Assembly (NCBI GenBank): GCA_963719495.1 | Contig: CAVRCI010000002.1 | Location: forward strand, 704,001 to 768,000 | Source of the DNA: an uncultured Verrucomicrobiae bacterium | GTDB lineage: Bacteria > Verrucomicrobiota > Verrucomicrobiia > Chthoniobacterales > JAATET01 | Length of the DNA: 64,000 nucleotides | Direction of reading: 5' to 3' | Shown: in pieces, positions 25,234 to 35,315 of the stretch | Numbering within the stretch: position 1 is the first letter of the stretch | Layout of the letters: each line of letters opens with the position of its first letter | Program-made: the position numbers and the translations under genes | The notes under the pieces: model-generated | What the model was told of the DNA's origin: nothing | The model's input: the letters and a program-made list of their open reading frames with translations, nothing else | Database searches by the model: none

Positions 25234-25982
25234 AGATGTTTCGTTGGGTCGCTGGGGTGGTGCTGGGTGGAATTTTGGCCGTGATGTCGGACGCCGGGGC
25301 GGGGGAGCTGAAGTCGCGGCGGGAAAGTTTCGAAAGCGGCGGGGAGCGGATCAAGGTGGACGTATTCGGGCCGGAGAAGGTGACGCGGGCCGTGATCGTG
25401 CTGCACGGGGCGGGCGGGATGATGTTCGACGGGGGGCAGATGCGGGCGGTGGCGCGGGAACTGGCGGGGGCGGGGATGACGGTTTACGTGGTGAATTACT
25501 TCAATCGGACGGGCGACTGGTTCGTGCTGGGCGACAAGGGTCTCATCGCGGGTTTCGAACCTTGGCTGGCGACCGTGAGGGACGCGGTGGATTGGGTAAG
25601 TGGGAGGGCCGGGGGGAAGCCGGTCGGGGTTTACGGGTATTCGATGGGTGGATTTCTGGGCGTTGCGGCGGCGGCTGGGAATCCGCGGGTGGGGGCGCTC
25701 GTGGAGCAGTCCGGGGGGATTTGGGACAAATTCGACGACGTCGAGGCGGCTCTGCCTCCGACGTTGGTGGCTCACGGGACAGCGGACGAGCGGGTGTATT
25801 TCGAGCGGAACACGGATCGGATCAAAGCGGTCGTGGCGAAGCACGGGACGCCGCTTCGCGTGATGGCGATCGAGGGGGGGAAGCATCGGTTGGATGACAC
25901 GGAGCAGGGGCGGGTGAACGAGGCGGCGGTGGGTTTTTTTGAGCGGTGGCTTGAGGGCGCGCGTCGCGGTGAGGGGGAGTGA
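25230..25982 (+). CDS. Secreted dienelactone-hydrolase-like alpha/beta hydrolase
   Basis: LHGAGG, GYSMGG, HGTADERV, GKH. Confidence 0.8.
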   Translation: MKMFRWVAGVVLGGILAVMSDAGAGELKSRRESFESGGERIKVDVFGPEKVTRAVIVLHGAGGMMFDGGQMRAVARELAGAGMTVYVVNYFNRTGDWFVLGDKGLIAGFEPWLATVRDAVDWVSGRAGGKPVGVYGYSMGGFLGVAAAAGNPRVGALVEQSGGIWDKFDDVEAALPPTLVAHGTADERVYFERNTDRIKAVVAKHGTPLRVMAIEGGKHRLDDTEQGRVNEAAVGFFERWLEGARRGEGE

Positions 25983-26123
25983 TTCGCTCCGCGAATTTGG
26001 GTTGGGTCGGCGAGTGGGAAGTCGCCGTTCCTTGAGCGATCCGGCTCCCCGGCTTTGCCGGTGTTGCCGGGTGAGGCACCGGGACGGTGCCTCTCGCACG
26101 CGGGGACGCGTGCGCTCCCCAGC

Positions 26124-27128
26124 TTAGTTCAGGGCGGTGGCCTTGGTGGGTTTTTCGCCCTTTGCGATTTTTAGGACGTTTTCGATCGTGACTGTGGCGA
26201 TCTGGGTGAGAGCTTCGGCGGTTAGGAAGGCTTGGTGGCTGGTGACCAGGACGTTGGGGAAGGTGAGGAGGTAGGCGAGTTGCTCGTCGTCGAGAATGGC
26301 GTCGGAGTGGTCGGAGTAGAAGTAGGCGTCCTCTTCTTCGTAAACGTCGAGGCAGACTCCGCCGATCTCGTGGGCTCGGAGGGCGGCGATGACGTCGTCC
26401 GTTTTGACCAATTCGCCGCGGCTGGTGTTGACGATGACGGCGGTTTTTTTCATCTGGGCAAGGGTGTCGGCGTTGACGAGGTAGCGGGTGGATTCGACGA
26501 GCGGAGTGTGGAGGGAAAGGACGTCGGATTCGCGCCAGATGGTCTCCAGGTCGGTGAGTTCGACTTCGTGGCGGGCGGCCCATTCGGTGTCGGGTTCCGG
26601 GTCGAAGGCGAGAACGCGGGTGTCGAATCCTCGGAAGATAGTGGCGGCTTTGCGGCCGATCTTGCCGAGGCCGATGATGCCGACCGTCTTGCCGGCGAGG
26701 TCGAAGCCAACGAAGCCGGCGAGGGAGAAGTTGTGGTCGCGGATGCGGTTGTAGGCGCGGTGGATGCGGCGGTTGAGGGCGAGGAAGAGGGCGACGGCGT
26801 GCTCGGCGACGGCGGCGGGCGAGTAGGCGGGGACGCGCGTGACGGTGATGCCGAGCTCGGTCGCGGCTTCGAGGTCGACTTTATTGTATCCGGCGCAGCG
26901 CATGACGATCAGGCGGATGCCGACGGCCTCGAGCGCTTCGAGGCACGCCCGGTCGAGGTGGTCGTGGACGAAGCAGCAGACGGCATCGGCGCCTTCCGCA
27001 ACGGACGCGAGATCGGCGCGGAGCGGGAAGGTGTAGTAGCTGAGGTCGACGCGGCCGTCGGCGATGCGGTCGAAGTATTCCTGGTCGTAGGGCTTGGTGT
27101 CGAAGAAGGCGATGTGGGGCTTGGACAT
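26124..27128 (-). CDS. ldhA: D-lactate / 2-hydroxyacid dehydrogenase
   Basis: RCAGYNKVD, RVPAYSP, GLGKIG, LDVYEEE, TSHQAFLT. Confidence 0.88.
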   Translation of the reverse strand: MSKPHIAFFDTKPYDQEYFDRIADGRVDLSYYTFPLRADLASVAEGADAVCCFVHDHLDRACLEALEAVGIRLIVMRCAGYNKVDLEAATELGITVTRVPAYSPAAVAEHAVALFLALNRRIHRAYNRIRDHNFSLAGFVGFDLAGKTVGIIGLGKIGRKAATIFRGFDTRVLAFDPEPDTEWAARHEVELTDLETIWRESDVLSLHTPLVESTRYLVNADTLAQMKKTAVIVNTSRGELVKTDDVIAALRAHEIGGVCLDVYEEEDAYFYSDHSDAILDDEQLAYLLTFPNVLVTSHQAFLTAEALTQIATVTIENVLKIAKGEKPTKATALN

Positions 27129-27219
27129 TTCGGATTGCGGAATTCGGATTGCGGATTGGTGAGATGAGGGAGTTTGACGTTGGGGAGGGTGTCGAGGGAA
27201 GTCGATCTTTCGCCAAAGT

Positions 27220-27235
27220 TGGCGCGTTAATTGCT
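27220..27235 (+). promoter_or_regulatory. Sigma-54 -24/-12 site upstream of rpoN
   Basis: TGGCGC-GTTAA-TTGCT with exact GG-N10-GC spacing. Confidence 0.7.
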
Positions 27236-27270
27236 TGCTGAATCAGGTTGGGTGCCTAGTGTGTTCCCCG

Positions 27271-28665
27271 ATGGCGGGAATGGATCAGATGCTGGGCTTC
27301 GGCCTGCAGCAGACTTTGTCGCCGCAGATGCAGCAGAGTTTGCACGTGTTGCAGGCTCCGGCGATCGAGTTGCGGTCGCTGGCGGGTCAGGAGCTGCAGG
27401 CGAATCCGGTGTTGGAGGAGGAGGTGCCGGTGAGCGAGGTGGAGGATTCGAACGAGGATTCCTGGGACGATGATCTGGCGGAGGTGAGTCGGCTGGACGA
27501 GCAGTGGAAGGACTACATGCAGCAGTCGGGGGCCTACGAGGGGCGGTCGCAGGAGGCGGAGGAGCGGCGGGAGTTTTTGTTCAATTCGCTGACGGGGCCG
27601 ACGAGTTTGCAGCAGCATCTGGTCGATCAGTTGGGGCTGGCGGACATCTCGGACGAGGACCGGGAGGTGGCGGACGCGATCATCGGCAATCTCAACGAGG
27701 CGGGGTTGCTGGACATCACGGTCGCGGAGCTGGCCGGGCAGACGAATACGCGGGTGGAGCGGGTGGAGGCGGTGCTGCGGGAGGTGCAGGCGTTGGATCC
27801 GGTGGGAGTGGCTTCGCGGGATTTGCGCGAGTGTTTGCTGACGCAGCTGGTTCGGATCGGGAAGGCTGAGAGTCTGGAGGCGCGAATCGTGACGCAATAC
27901 CTCGACGATTTGTTGCGGCGAAAATTCCCCGAAGTCGCACGGCGGCTGGGCGTGGGAGTGCAGGACGTGCAGGCGGCGGCGGACTTCATTGCGACGTTGG
28001 AGCCGCGGCCGGCTCGGCAATTTTCGACCGTCACGCACCAGGTGATTACGCCGGACGTGCTGATCGAGCGGGAGGGCGAGGATTTCACGGTTTCGCTAAA
28101 CAACGACAACGTGCCGATGCTGCGGATCAGCAATTATTACAAGGACCTCCTCTCGGAGCCCGGGAACAAGAAGAACGTCCGGGAATACATCCGCGAGAAG
28201 ATCAAGGGTGGCCGGTTTTTCATCAAATGCATCCAGCAGCGGCAGCAGACGATCATGAACATCGCGCGGGAAATCGTGGAGCGTCAGGGGGATTTTTTGC
28301 GGGTGGGTCCGTCGGCGCTCAAGCCGATGACGATGAATCAGGTGGCGCAAGCGGTCGGGGTGCACGAGACGACGGTGAGCCGGGCGACGCACGGCAAATA
28401 CATGATGACGCCGCAGGGGATCTTCGAGATGAAGTATTTTTTCACGCCGGGGTATCAGACGACCGGCGGCGCGGACATCAGCAACGAGAGCGTGCGGACG
28501 GCGATCGCGGAGGTGGTGGCGGGGGAGGATAAACGGAAGCCGCTGAGCGATCAGTCGATTTTGGGGATTTTGACCGAGCGGGGCATTCCGATCGCGCGGC
28601 GGACGGTGGCCAAGTATCGGGAGCAGTTGGACATCCTGCCTAGTCATTTAAGGAAGACGTTCTGA
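27271..28665 (+). CDS. rpoN: RNA polymerase sigma-54 factor
   Basis: Q-rich N-terminus, HETTVSRA, RpoN box ARRTVAKYRE. Confidence 0.97.
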   Translation: MAGMDQMLGFGLQQTLSPQMQQSLHVLQAPAIELRSLAGQELQANPVLEEEVPVSEVEDSNEDSWDDDLAEVSRLDEQWKDYMQQSGAYEGRSQEAEERREFLFNSLTGPTSLQQHLVDQLGLADISDEDREVADAIIGNLNEAGLLDITVAELAGQTNTRVERVEAVLREVQALDPVGVASRDLRECLLTQLVRIGKAESLEARIVTQYLDDLLRRKFPEVARRLGVGVQDVQAAADFIATLEPRPARQFSTVTHQVITPDVLIEREGEDFTVSLNNDNVPMLRISNYYKDLLSEPGNKKNVREYIREKIKGGRFFIKCIQQRQQTIMNIAREIVERQGDFLRVGPSALKPMTMNQVAQAVGVHETTVSRATHGKYMMTPQGIFEMKYFFTPGYQTTGGADISNESVRTAIAEVVAGEDKRKPLSDQSILGILTERGIPIARRTVAKYREQLDILPSHLRKTF

Positions 28666-28819
28666 TTTTGGATTCTGGATTGGATGAAGCGGGTCGGTTG
28701 GGTTCGGGTGCTTTTTCGTTTCGCCACGGCTCGGCGGGAGCCTCGCCCTCCGGTTGGGGCCCTTCAGGCTGGTGGTTGGGGATTGCGGGGTGGGGTTTGG
28801 GCGCTGTATTGAGCGCGGG

Positions 28820-29377
28820 GTGAATTTAGATTGGCGTGGGTTTGTGGTCGGGGCATGGTTGCTGGTCTTGTGCGGGTGCGCGACTCGCTTGGTGGAGCCA
28901 GTGCCGGGTGGCGTTGGCGCGCGGGTGGTCGCATTGATGGTCGAGCGCCTCGAGTTGGCTCCGCGGGTGGCTTGGGTGAAATACAAGAATGGTTGGCCGA
29001 TCCTCGTTCTCGAGCGGGAGGCGGAGTCGTTGGCGGCTCTCACGGCTCAGGGGGGCGCGGCTGGGGTGTCGGCGGAGGGGATCGACGAGTTTTTCGGGGC
29101 GCAGACGCGGGCTTCGCGAATCGCGCAGGCGGAGCTGGTGCGGACTTGGAGTCGGGGTGGGGAGTTGCCGTCGTATCGGCCGGAGAGTCTGGCCGATGAC
29201 CTGAGGCCGGAGATGGATCGGATCAACGTGGCGTTGCTGCGCGAGTTCTCGGGGGTGGCCGGGCTCGGCGAGGCGGAGCGGGAGACTCTGGCGCGGCAGG
29301 CCATCACCGCGATTCGCGATGCGGGATTCTCGCGGGCGGCGGCGGGTGCGGCGGCGGATTGGGAGCTGGGGCCGTGA
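28820..29377 (+). CDS. Exported (lipoprotein-like) AroQ chorismate mutase
   Basis: Lipobox-like LCGC; ERLELA..VAWVK..PI...ERE; FFGAQ; LRPEMDRIN. Confidence 0.7.
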   Translation: MNLDWRGFVVGAWLLVLCGCATRLVEPVPGGVGARVVALMVERLELAPRVAWVKYKNGWPILVLEREAESLAALTAQGGAAGVSAEGIDEFFGAQTRASRIAQAELVRTWSRGGELPSYRPESLADDLRPEMDRINVALLREFSGVAGLGEAERETLARQAITAIRDAGFSRAAAGAAADWELGP

Positions 29378-30963
29378 CGAATGGTGTTGAAACGGTCGAC
29401 GTGATTTTGCCGCTCGAGTCTTCGGAGGACGAAGCGGCGTGGCGGCGGGCAGTGGCGGCGAAGCTGGGAGTGCCGGTGGAGCGGGTGCGGGAGGTGCGGT
29501 TGCGGAAACATTCCATCGACGCGCGGAAGTCGCCGGTGAAAGTGCAGCTGCGGCTCGAGGTCGGAGTGGATCAGGCTTTGGCGGAGGAGTGTCTGCCGGC
29601 GGCGGATTACCCGGAGGTGCCGGCGGGCGCGGCGACGGTGGTGATCGTGGGTTGCGGGCCGGCGGGGTTGTTCGCGGCCTTGCGGTGTCTGGAGCTTGGC
29701 TTGCGACCGATCGTGCTCGAGCGGGGGAAGGACGCGTCGGCGAGGCGGTTCGATCTTGCGCCGATTCTGCGGCACGGGACGGTGATCGAGGATTCGAACT
29801 ACTGTTTCGGCGAGGGCGGCGCGGGGACGTTTTCGGATGGGAAGCTCTACACGCGGGCGAAGAAGCGGGGTCCGGTCGCGCGGGTCTACGAGACGTTCGT
29901 GGCGCACGGGGCGCCGGAGCGGATTCTGGTGGATGCCCATCCGCACATTGGATCCAATCTGTTGCCGAACGTCGTGAAGGCGATGCGCGAGAGCGTTCGG
30001 GCGGCGGGGGGCGAGGTGCGTTTTGGCGCGAAGGTGACGGATCTGCTGATCGAGGGTGGGGCGGTGCGCGGGGTGGCGCTGGCGGACGGGCGGGAGATCG
30101 ACGCGGCGGCGGTGATTCTAGCGACGGGGCATTCGGCGCGGGACGTCTATGAATTGCTGGTGCGGCGGGGGGTGCGGCTGGAGCAGAAGGCGTTTGCGAT
30201 GGGCGTGCGGATCGAGCATCCGCAGGGGTTGGTCGACAGTCGGCAGTATCATTTTCCGCGGGGGGCTGAGCGCTCGCGGTTGCTGCCGGCGGCGAGTTAT
30301 TCGCTGGCGACGAAGATCGCGGATCGGGGCGTGCATTCGTTCTGCATGTGTCCGGGTGGGTTCATCGTCCCGGCTGCGACCGAGAACGACGAGGTGGTGG
30401 TCAATGGGATGAGTCTGGCGAAACGGGATTCGCCGTTCGCGAACAGCGGAATGGTCGTGACGATCGAACCGGAGGACGCCGAGCGGTGGCGGGCGGAGCA
30501 TGGGGTGCTGGCGGGGATTGCGGCTCAGCGGGCGCTCGAGACGGCGGCGAAGGTGGCGGGTGGTGGCGGGCAGACGGCCCCGGGTCAGCGGGTGACGGAT
30601 TTTCTGGCGGGGCGGCTTTCGGACGAGCTTCCGGCGACGAGCTATCATCCGGGGGTGCGGTCCGCGCGGCTGGACGAGCTGATGCCGCGGGGGATCGTGC
30701 GGCGGATGCGGGATGGATTGCGGCTCTTCGGTCGGCAGCTGCGGGGTTACGTCTCGGACGAGGGGTTGATGGTGGGATTCGAGACGCGGACGAGTTCGCC
30801 GGTGCGGGTGCCGCGCGATCCGGAGACGCTGGAGCATCCGGACGTGGCGGGGCTGATTCCGTCGGGTGAAGGGGCGGGGTTCGCGGGGGGGATCGTGAGC
30901 GCGGCGCTCGACGGGATGCGATGCGCGGAAGCCGCGGCGAAAAAATGTGGGGTGGCGACGTAA
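29374..30963 (+). CDS. FAD-dependent oxidoreductase
   Basis: VGCGPAG, FGEGGAGTFSDGKL, SFCMCPGG, GEGAGFAGGIVSAA. Confidence 0.9.
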   Translation: MTNGVETVDVILPLESSEDEAAWRRAVAAKLGVPVERVREVRLRKHSIDARKSPVKVQLRLEVGVDQALAEECLPAADYPEVPAGAATVVIVGCGPAGLFAALRCLELGLRPIVLERGKDASARRFDLAPILRHGTVIEDSNYCFGEGGAGTFSDGKLYTRAKKRGPVARVYETFVAHGAPERILVDAHPHIGSNLLPNVVKAMRESVRAAGGEVRFGAKVTDLLIEGGAVRGVALADGREIDAAAVILATGHSARDVYELLVRRGVRLEQKAFAMGVRIEHPQGLVDSRQYHFPRGAERSRLLPAASYSLATKIADRGVHSFCMCPGGFIVPAATENDEVVVNGMSLAKRDSPFANSGMVVTIEPEDAERWRAEHGVLAGIAAQRALETAAKVAGGGGQTAPGQRVTDFLAGRLSDELPATSYHPGVRSARLDELMPRGIVRRMRDGLRLFGRQLRGYVSDEGLMVGFETRTSSPVRVPRDPETLEHPDVAGLIPSGEGAGFAGGIVSAALDGMRCAEAAAKKCGVAT

Positions 30964-31026
30964 TTCGATCCGACCGGTTTCTTCTTGGGTTTCGAACAGT
31001 CCCAAGTTATGAAACGGAACTTACTT

Positions 31027-31323
31027 ATGAAAAAATCCAATCTATTCAAATTTGCCGCAGTGGCAATCGCCGCTGCCGGTCTCACCGCTTGTGACGTCGA
31101 TAAGACCCAGGAGGGTGAAATGCCCGAGGTGAAAGTCGAAGGTGGGCAGATGCCTGCTTACGATGTCGACGTGGCCGAGGTCGAAGTCGGAACGACGGAG
31201 AAAGTCGTCGAAGTGCCGAAAGTCACGATGGAAGAAGAGACGATCACCGTTCCCGCCGTCGGCGTGGATATGCCGGAAGAAGATGGTCCCGGGCCCGCCG
31301 CCGAGCCGAGCGATCAGGAGTAA
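31027..31323 (+). CDS. Small acidic lipoprotein
   Basis: Lipobox LTAC; DVDKTQEGEMP. Confidence 0.8.
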   Translation: MKKSNLFKFAAVAIAAAGLTACDVDKTQEGEMPEVKVEGGQMPAYDVDVAEVEVGTTEKVVEVPKVTMEEETITVPAVGVDMPEEDGPGPAAEPSDQE

Positions 31324-31370
31324 TTCCTGTTTATCTTACGCTGGGTGAGAGTTTGCCCAGTTTGACTTTG

Positions 31371-31402
31371 CGGGCCGTTCCTTCTGGGGACGGCCCGTTT
31401 TT
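31371..31402 (+). terminator. Intrinsic terminator
   Basis: CGGGCCGTTCC/GGGACGGCCCG stem followed by a T run. Confidence 0.75.
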
Positions 31403-31458
31403 CGTTTGACCAACTTCGGCGGCTGGAAGCCGCCGCTCCTTGAAGTAGGGCAGCTCCG

Positions 31459-32094
31459 TTATCGGGAAGCTTTAGTCTTTTTCTCAAGGGCATTCGCGAA
31501 CGCGGCCCGGCATAAGGCGGAAACTTCCCGCAAGCTGGGGGTTGCGTCGATGCGGGCGGACCTTGCTGGGAAGGCGTCGTGGAGTTGGAGGAAGATGTCG
31601 CGGGATTGCTGGAGGGCGGTTTCGGATTCGAAGGTGTTGGGGACGTCGCCGCGCGCTCGGACTCGGGCCAGGCCTTCGGATGGGGGGATGTCGAGGAGGA
31701 TGACGAGGTCGGGGGTGGGGGCGATGGCTTCGTTGGCGGTGATGATCGCGAACGGGTCGATGCCGCGGGCTCCCTGGTAGGCGGCGGTGCTCCAATAGTA
31801 GCGGTCGAGGATGACGACGGCTCCGTAGTCGAGGGCGGGGCGGATGGAGCGGGCGACGTGGGCGGCGCGGTCTTCGAGGAAGAGAGCGAGTTCGTCTTCG
31901 GGGGTTGCGCGACCGTGTTTCGCGGATTCGCGGAGGGTGACGCCGGCGCCGAGGCCGGTGGGTTCTTTCGAGAGGGTGCAGGCGATACCGCGCTCGCCGC
32001 AATACTGGGCGAGGAGGGCCGAGACGGTGGTCTTGCCGCCGCCGTCGATGCCTTCGATGGCCACGAGGAGGCCTCCGGGGGCGATGGGTTTCAT
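31459..32094 (-). CDS. tmk: Thymidylate kinase
   Basis: IEGIDGGGKTT, KEP, LDRYYWSTAAYQG. Confidence 0.93.
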   Translation of the reverse strand: MKPIAPGGLLVAIEGIDGGGKTTVSALLAQYCGERGIACTLSKEPTGLGAGVTLRESAKHGRATPEDELALFLEDRAAHVARSIRPALDYGAVVILDRYYWSTAAYQGARGIDPFAIITANEAIAPTPDLVILLDIPPSEGLARVRARGDVPNTFESETALQQSRDIFLQLHDAFPARSARIDATPSLREVSALCRAAFANALEKKTKASR

Positions 32095-32318
32095 GGCCGC
32101 GGAGGGTGGCAGATGTCGGCGGAGTTGGGGAGGGGGAAATTTGAACGAGCTGAGTTGATGTCCCCTGGATCCCGTCGGCAAACGCCTCAAACCTGAATCA
32201 ATGACCGATTGCTGCAAAACTTTGGTGCGGCCGCATCAAAGTTTTGTAGGGCTGGGTCGATTGGAGGGGGGCGGTGGCTTTGTCTTGCGGGGTGATGGCT
32301 TGTGGGCACAGTGAAGCG

Positions 32319-33353
32319 ATGAGTTCAGAGGAAGATGTGTTGGGCGCTCTGCGCGGGGTGAAGTATCCGGGGTTCAGCCGGGACGTGGTGTCGTTTGGCT
32401 TGGTGAAGGGCGTGAAGGTGGATGGCGGCGTGGTCGACGTGCAGATGACGTTGGCGACGAACGAGGCGGCGATTCCGGCGCGGATCCGCGAGGAATCGAA
32501 GGCGGCCATCGAGGCGCTGGCGGGCGTGACCGAGGCGCGGGTGCGGATCGACATTCAGGCTCCGCCGAACGTGGCGGCGAACGCGGGCGCGCGGCGGCTG
32601 GACGGTGTGAAGCACGTGATCGCGATCGCGAGCGGCAAGGGCGGCGTGGGCAAATCGACGGTGGCGACGAATCTGGCGGTGAGCTTGCAGCGGGCGGGTT
32701 TCCAGACGGGGCTTTGCGACTGCGATCTCTACGGGCCGAGCATTGCCCTGATGATGGGGGCGGACGAGCGCCCGACGGCGGACGCGGACGATCGGATCAT
32801 TCCCATTCGCCGGTTCGGGATGCCGATCATGTCGATGGGTCTGCTGCTCGAGCCGGACAGCCCGGCGGTGCTGCGGGGGCCGATGGTGACGCGATACACC
32901 CAGCAATTTTTGAAGCAGACGGCTTGGGGCGAGTTGGATTTTCTGATTCTTGATCTGCCGCCGGGAACGGGGGACATTCAATTGACGATCGTGCAGACGG
33001 TGGCGCTGGCGGGTGCGGTGGTCGTGACGACGCCGCAGGAGGTGGCGCTGATCGACGCGCGGAAGGCGGTCTCGATGTTTGCGAAGACGAACGTGCCGGT
33101 GCTGGGAATCGTCGAGAACATGAGTTACTTCGAGTGCCCGAGCGACGGGAAGCGGTATGAAATCTTCGGCGCGGGCGGCGGCGAGCAGGAGGCGGCGCGG
33201 TTGGGAGTGCCGCTTCTCGGGAAGATTCCGATCGACATTCCGGTGCGGGAGGGAGGCGACGTGGGCAGGCCGGTGGCGGAGTTCGCGCCGAAAAGTGCGT
33301 CCGGCATGGCTTTTGCTGACGTAGCACGACAAGTATCAGCCACCGTTGAATGA
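32319..33353 (+). CDS. Mrp/ApbC Fe-S cluster carrier ATPase
   Basis: SGKGGVGKST, DLPPGTGD, VTTPQ, ENMS. Confidence 0.93.
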   Translation: MSSEEDVLGALRGVKYPGFSRDVVSFGLVKGVKVDGGVVDVQMTLATNEAAIPARIREESKAAIEALAGVTEARVRIDIQAPPNVAANAGARRLDGVKHVIAIASGKGGVGKSTVATNLAVSLQRAGFQTGLCDCDLYGPSIALMMGADERPTADADDRIIPIRRFGMPIMSMGLLLEPDSPAVLRGPMVTRYTQQFLKQTAWGELDFLILDLPPGTGDIQLTIVQTVALAGAVVVTTPQEVALIDARKAVSMFAKTNVPVLGIVENMSYFECPSDGKRYEIFGAGGGEQEAARLGVPLLGKIPIDIPVREGGDVGRPVAEFAPKSASGMAFADVARQVSATVE

Positions 33354-33444
33354 GAGCTTTCGTTCGCCCGTTACAGGTGTGTCGGGCGCTTGATTTTAGC
33401 GCGTTGACTTCTGAAATTGTTCGCCTCTAAATCCGCTTCGTCAC

Positions 33445-33708
33445 ATGAGTTCTCCCAAACCAGAGGTCGTTTTCGACCTTCTTAAAAACTCTTCGCTTTA
33501 CCGCGAATACCTCGCCGAGCGGGAGGAAATCCTCCGTCACAAGTGGATCGAAAGCGAGAAGGCCGGCAAGGACATCGGCTTCGAGCGGGCGCTGTTGGAC
33601 TGGATCATCAAATTTCGCTCCGAGTGGCGGAGTTTGCGTCTGCGTGCCGCCTCGGCGAAACCCGAGAACGACGCCCCCAAATCGGATCAGACGGGCGCGA
33701 GCGTGTGA
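33445..33708 (+). CDS. Small conserved hypothetical protein (DUF4032-like)
   Basis: EILRHKWIESEKAGKDIG motif. Confidence 0.7.
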   Translation: MSSPKPEVVFDLLKNSSLYREYLAEREEILRHKWIESEKAGKDIGFERALLDWIIKFRSEWRSLRLRAASAKPENDAPKSDQTGASV

Positions 33709-34250
33709 GTAGTTCCGGGATTGTCGAAGTGATGGACGCGGCGGCGATCGGGGCGTCCGTCGAGAGGATGGCGGCGGAGATCGCGGAACGGGATGGCGCG
33801 AATGGGCGCTTGGTCCTGGCAGGCATTCCGACCCGTGGCGTGGAAGTGGCGCGGCGGCTGGTCGCGAGGTTGGCGGAGATTTTGGACACGGAGCCCGAAC
33901 TGGGCAGCGTCGATGTCTCGATGCACCGGGACGATCTGGCGACGCGGGGGAGAATGACAACGGTCGAGCCGACGCGGCTGCCGCTTGATCTGGACGGGCG
34001 GACCTTGATCCTCGTCGACGATGTGCTGTTCACCGGACGGAGTGTGCGGGCCGCGATGGACGCGGTGGCGTCGTTCGGGCGGCCGGCGCGGATCCGGTTG
34101 GCGACGTTGGTCGACCGGGGGCACCGGGAACTGCCGATTCGGGCCGACTACGTGGGGGAGGACGTGGAGACGCGGGCGGAGGAAAAAATCCGGGTGCGAT
34201 TCGAGAATCTTGACGGCGAACCCGACAGCGTCAAGGTAGTGCGACCGTGA
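33705..34250 (+). CDS. pyrR: PyrR regulator / uracil phosphoribosyltransferase
   Basis: [26 protein letters not shown]. Confidence 0.95.
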   Translation: MSSSGIVEVMDAAAIGASVERMAAEIAERDGANGRLVLAGIPTRGVEVARRLVARLAEILDTEPELGSVDVSMHRDDLATRGRMTTVEPTRLPLDLDGRTLILVDDVLFTGRSVRAAMDAVASFGRPARIRLATLVDRGHRELPIRADYVGEDVETRAEEKIRVRFENLDGEPDSVKVVRP

Positions 34251-35188
34251 ACGAGGCCACCTGGACGCGCAAAGATTTGGTTTCGCTCGACGCGTTGTCG
34301 GCGGATGAGATTCGGATCGTTCTCGATACGGCGCAGGCGTTCAAGGGGGTGGGCGAGCGGAATCTGAAGAAGGTCCCGGCGCTGCGGGGGAAGACTCTGG
34401 TGAATCTCTTCGTCGAGCCGAGCACGCGGACGCGGATTTCGTTTGAGTTGGCGGCGATGCGGGTGAGCGCGGACGTGATCAACGTGAGCGCGTCGGCCTC
34501 GAGCTTGAAGAAAGGTGAGACGCTCAAGGACACGGCGATGATTCTGGAGGCGCTGCACGCCGATCTGATCGTGATCCGGCATTCGTCGGCGGGGGCGGCG
34601 CAGTTCCTCGCTGAACGGCTGCGGGCGAGCGTGATTAACGCCGGGGACGGTGCGCACGAGCACCCGACGCAGGGGTTGCTCGATGCGTTCACGATGCGCG
34701 AGAAGCTCGGTGATTTGGCGGGGCGAAAGGTGGCGATCGTGGGCGATATTTTGTTCAGCCGGGTGGCGCGGTCGAACCTGCACGCACTCACCAAGCTAGG
34801 CGCGGAAGTGACGTTGGTCGGACCAACGACCTTGGTGCCTAGAGCCTTTGAGCGATTGGGCGCGAAGGTCACCCACCGACTCGAGGACGTGATCGAGACG
34901 ACGGACGTGATTAATTTGCTGCGGATCCAGCACGAGCGCCAGCGGAAGGAATATTTTCCCAGTCTCGGCGAATACACGTCGCTCTTCGGCCTGACGAAGG
35001 CGCGGGCGGCGCGGCTGAAGCCGGACTGTCTGGTGATGCACCCGGGGCCGATCAATCGTGGCATCGAGATTGATAGCGGGGTGGCGGACGGGCCGCACAG
35101 CGTTATTCTCGAGCAGGTCACGAACGGTTTGGCCGTGCGGATGGCGGTGCTTTATTTGTGCGGCGGCGGGGCGGGGGTGCCGGTATGA
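34247..35188 (+). CDS. pyrB: Aspartate carbamoyltransferase catalytic subunit
   Basis: [24 protein letters not shown]. Confidence 0.97.
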   Translation: MNEATWTRKDLVSLDALSADEIRIVLDTAQAFKGVGERNLKKVPALRGKTLVNLFVEPSTRTRISFELAAMRVSADVINVSASASSLKKGETLKDTAMILEALHADLIVIRHSSAGAAQFLAERLRASVINAGDGAHEHPTQGLLDAFTMREKLGDLAGRKVAIVGDILFSRVARSNLHALTKLGAEVTLVGPTTLVPRAFERLGAKVTHRLEDVIETTDVINLLRIQHERQRKEYFPSLGEYTSLFGLTKARAARLKPDCLVMHPGPINRGIEIDSGVADGPHSVILEQVTNGLAVRMAVLYLCGGGAGVPV

Positions 35189-35315
35189 TGTTTATGGTTC
35201 TCACGCAGAGCACCGGAGCCTGGGAAGGCTCGGGGCAGACTGCATTGGCTCTGCAATGCAGCCCGAAGGGCGAGACGAGCGGGAGCGAGCGAGTCAATCG
35301 CAGGGACGCAGAGGA

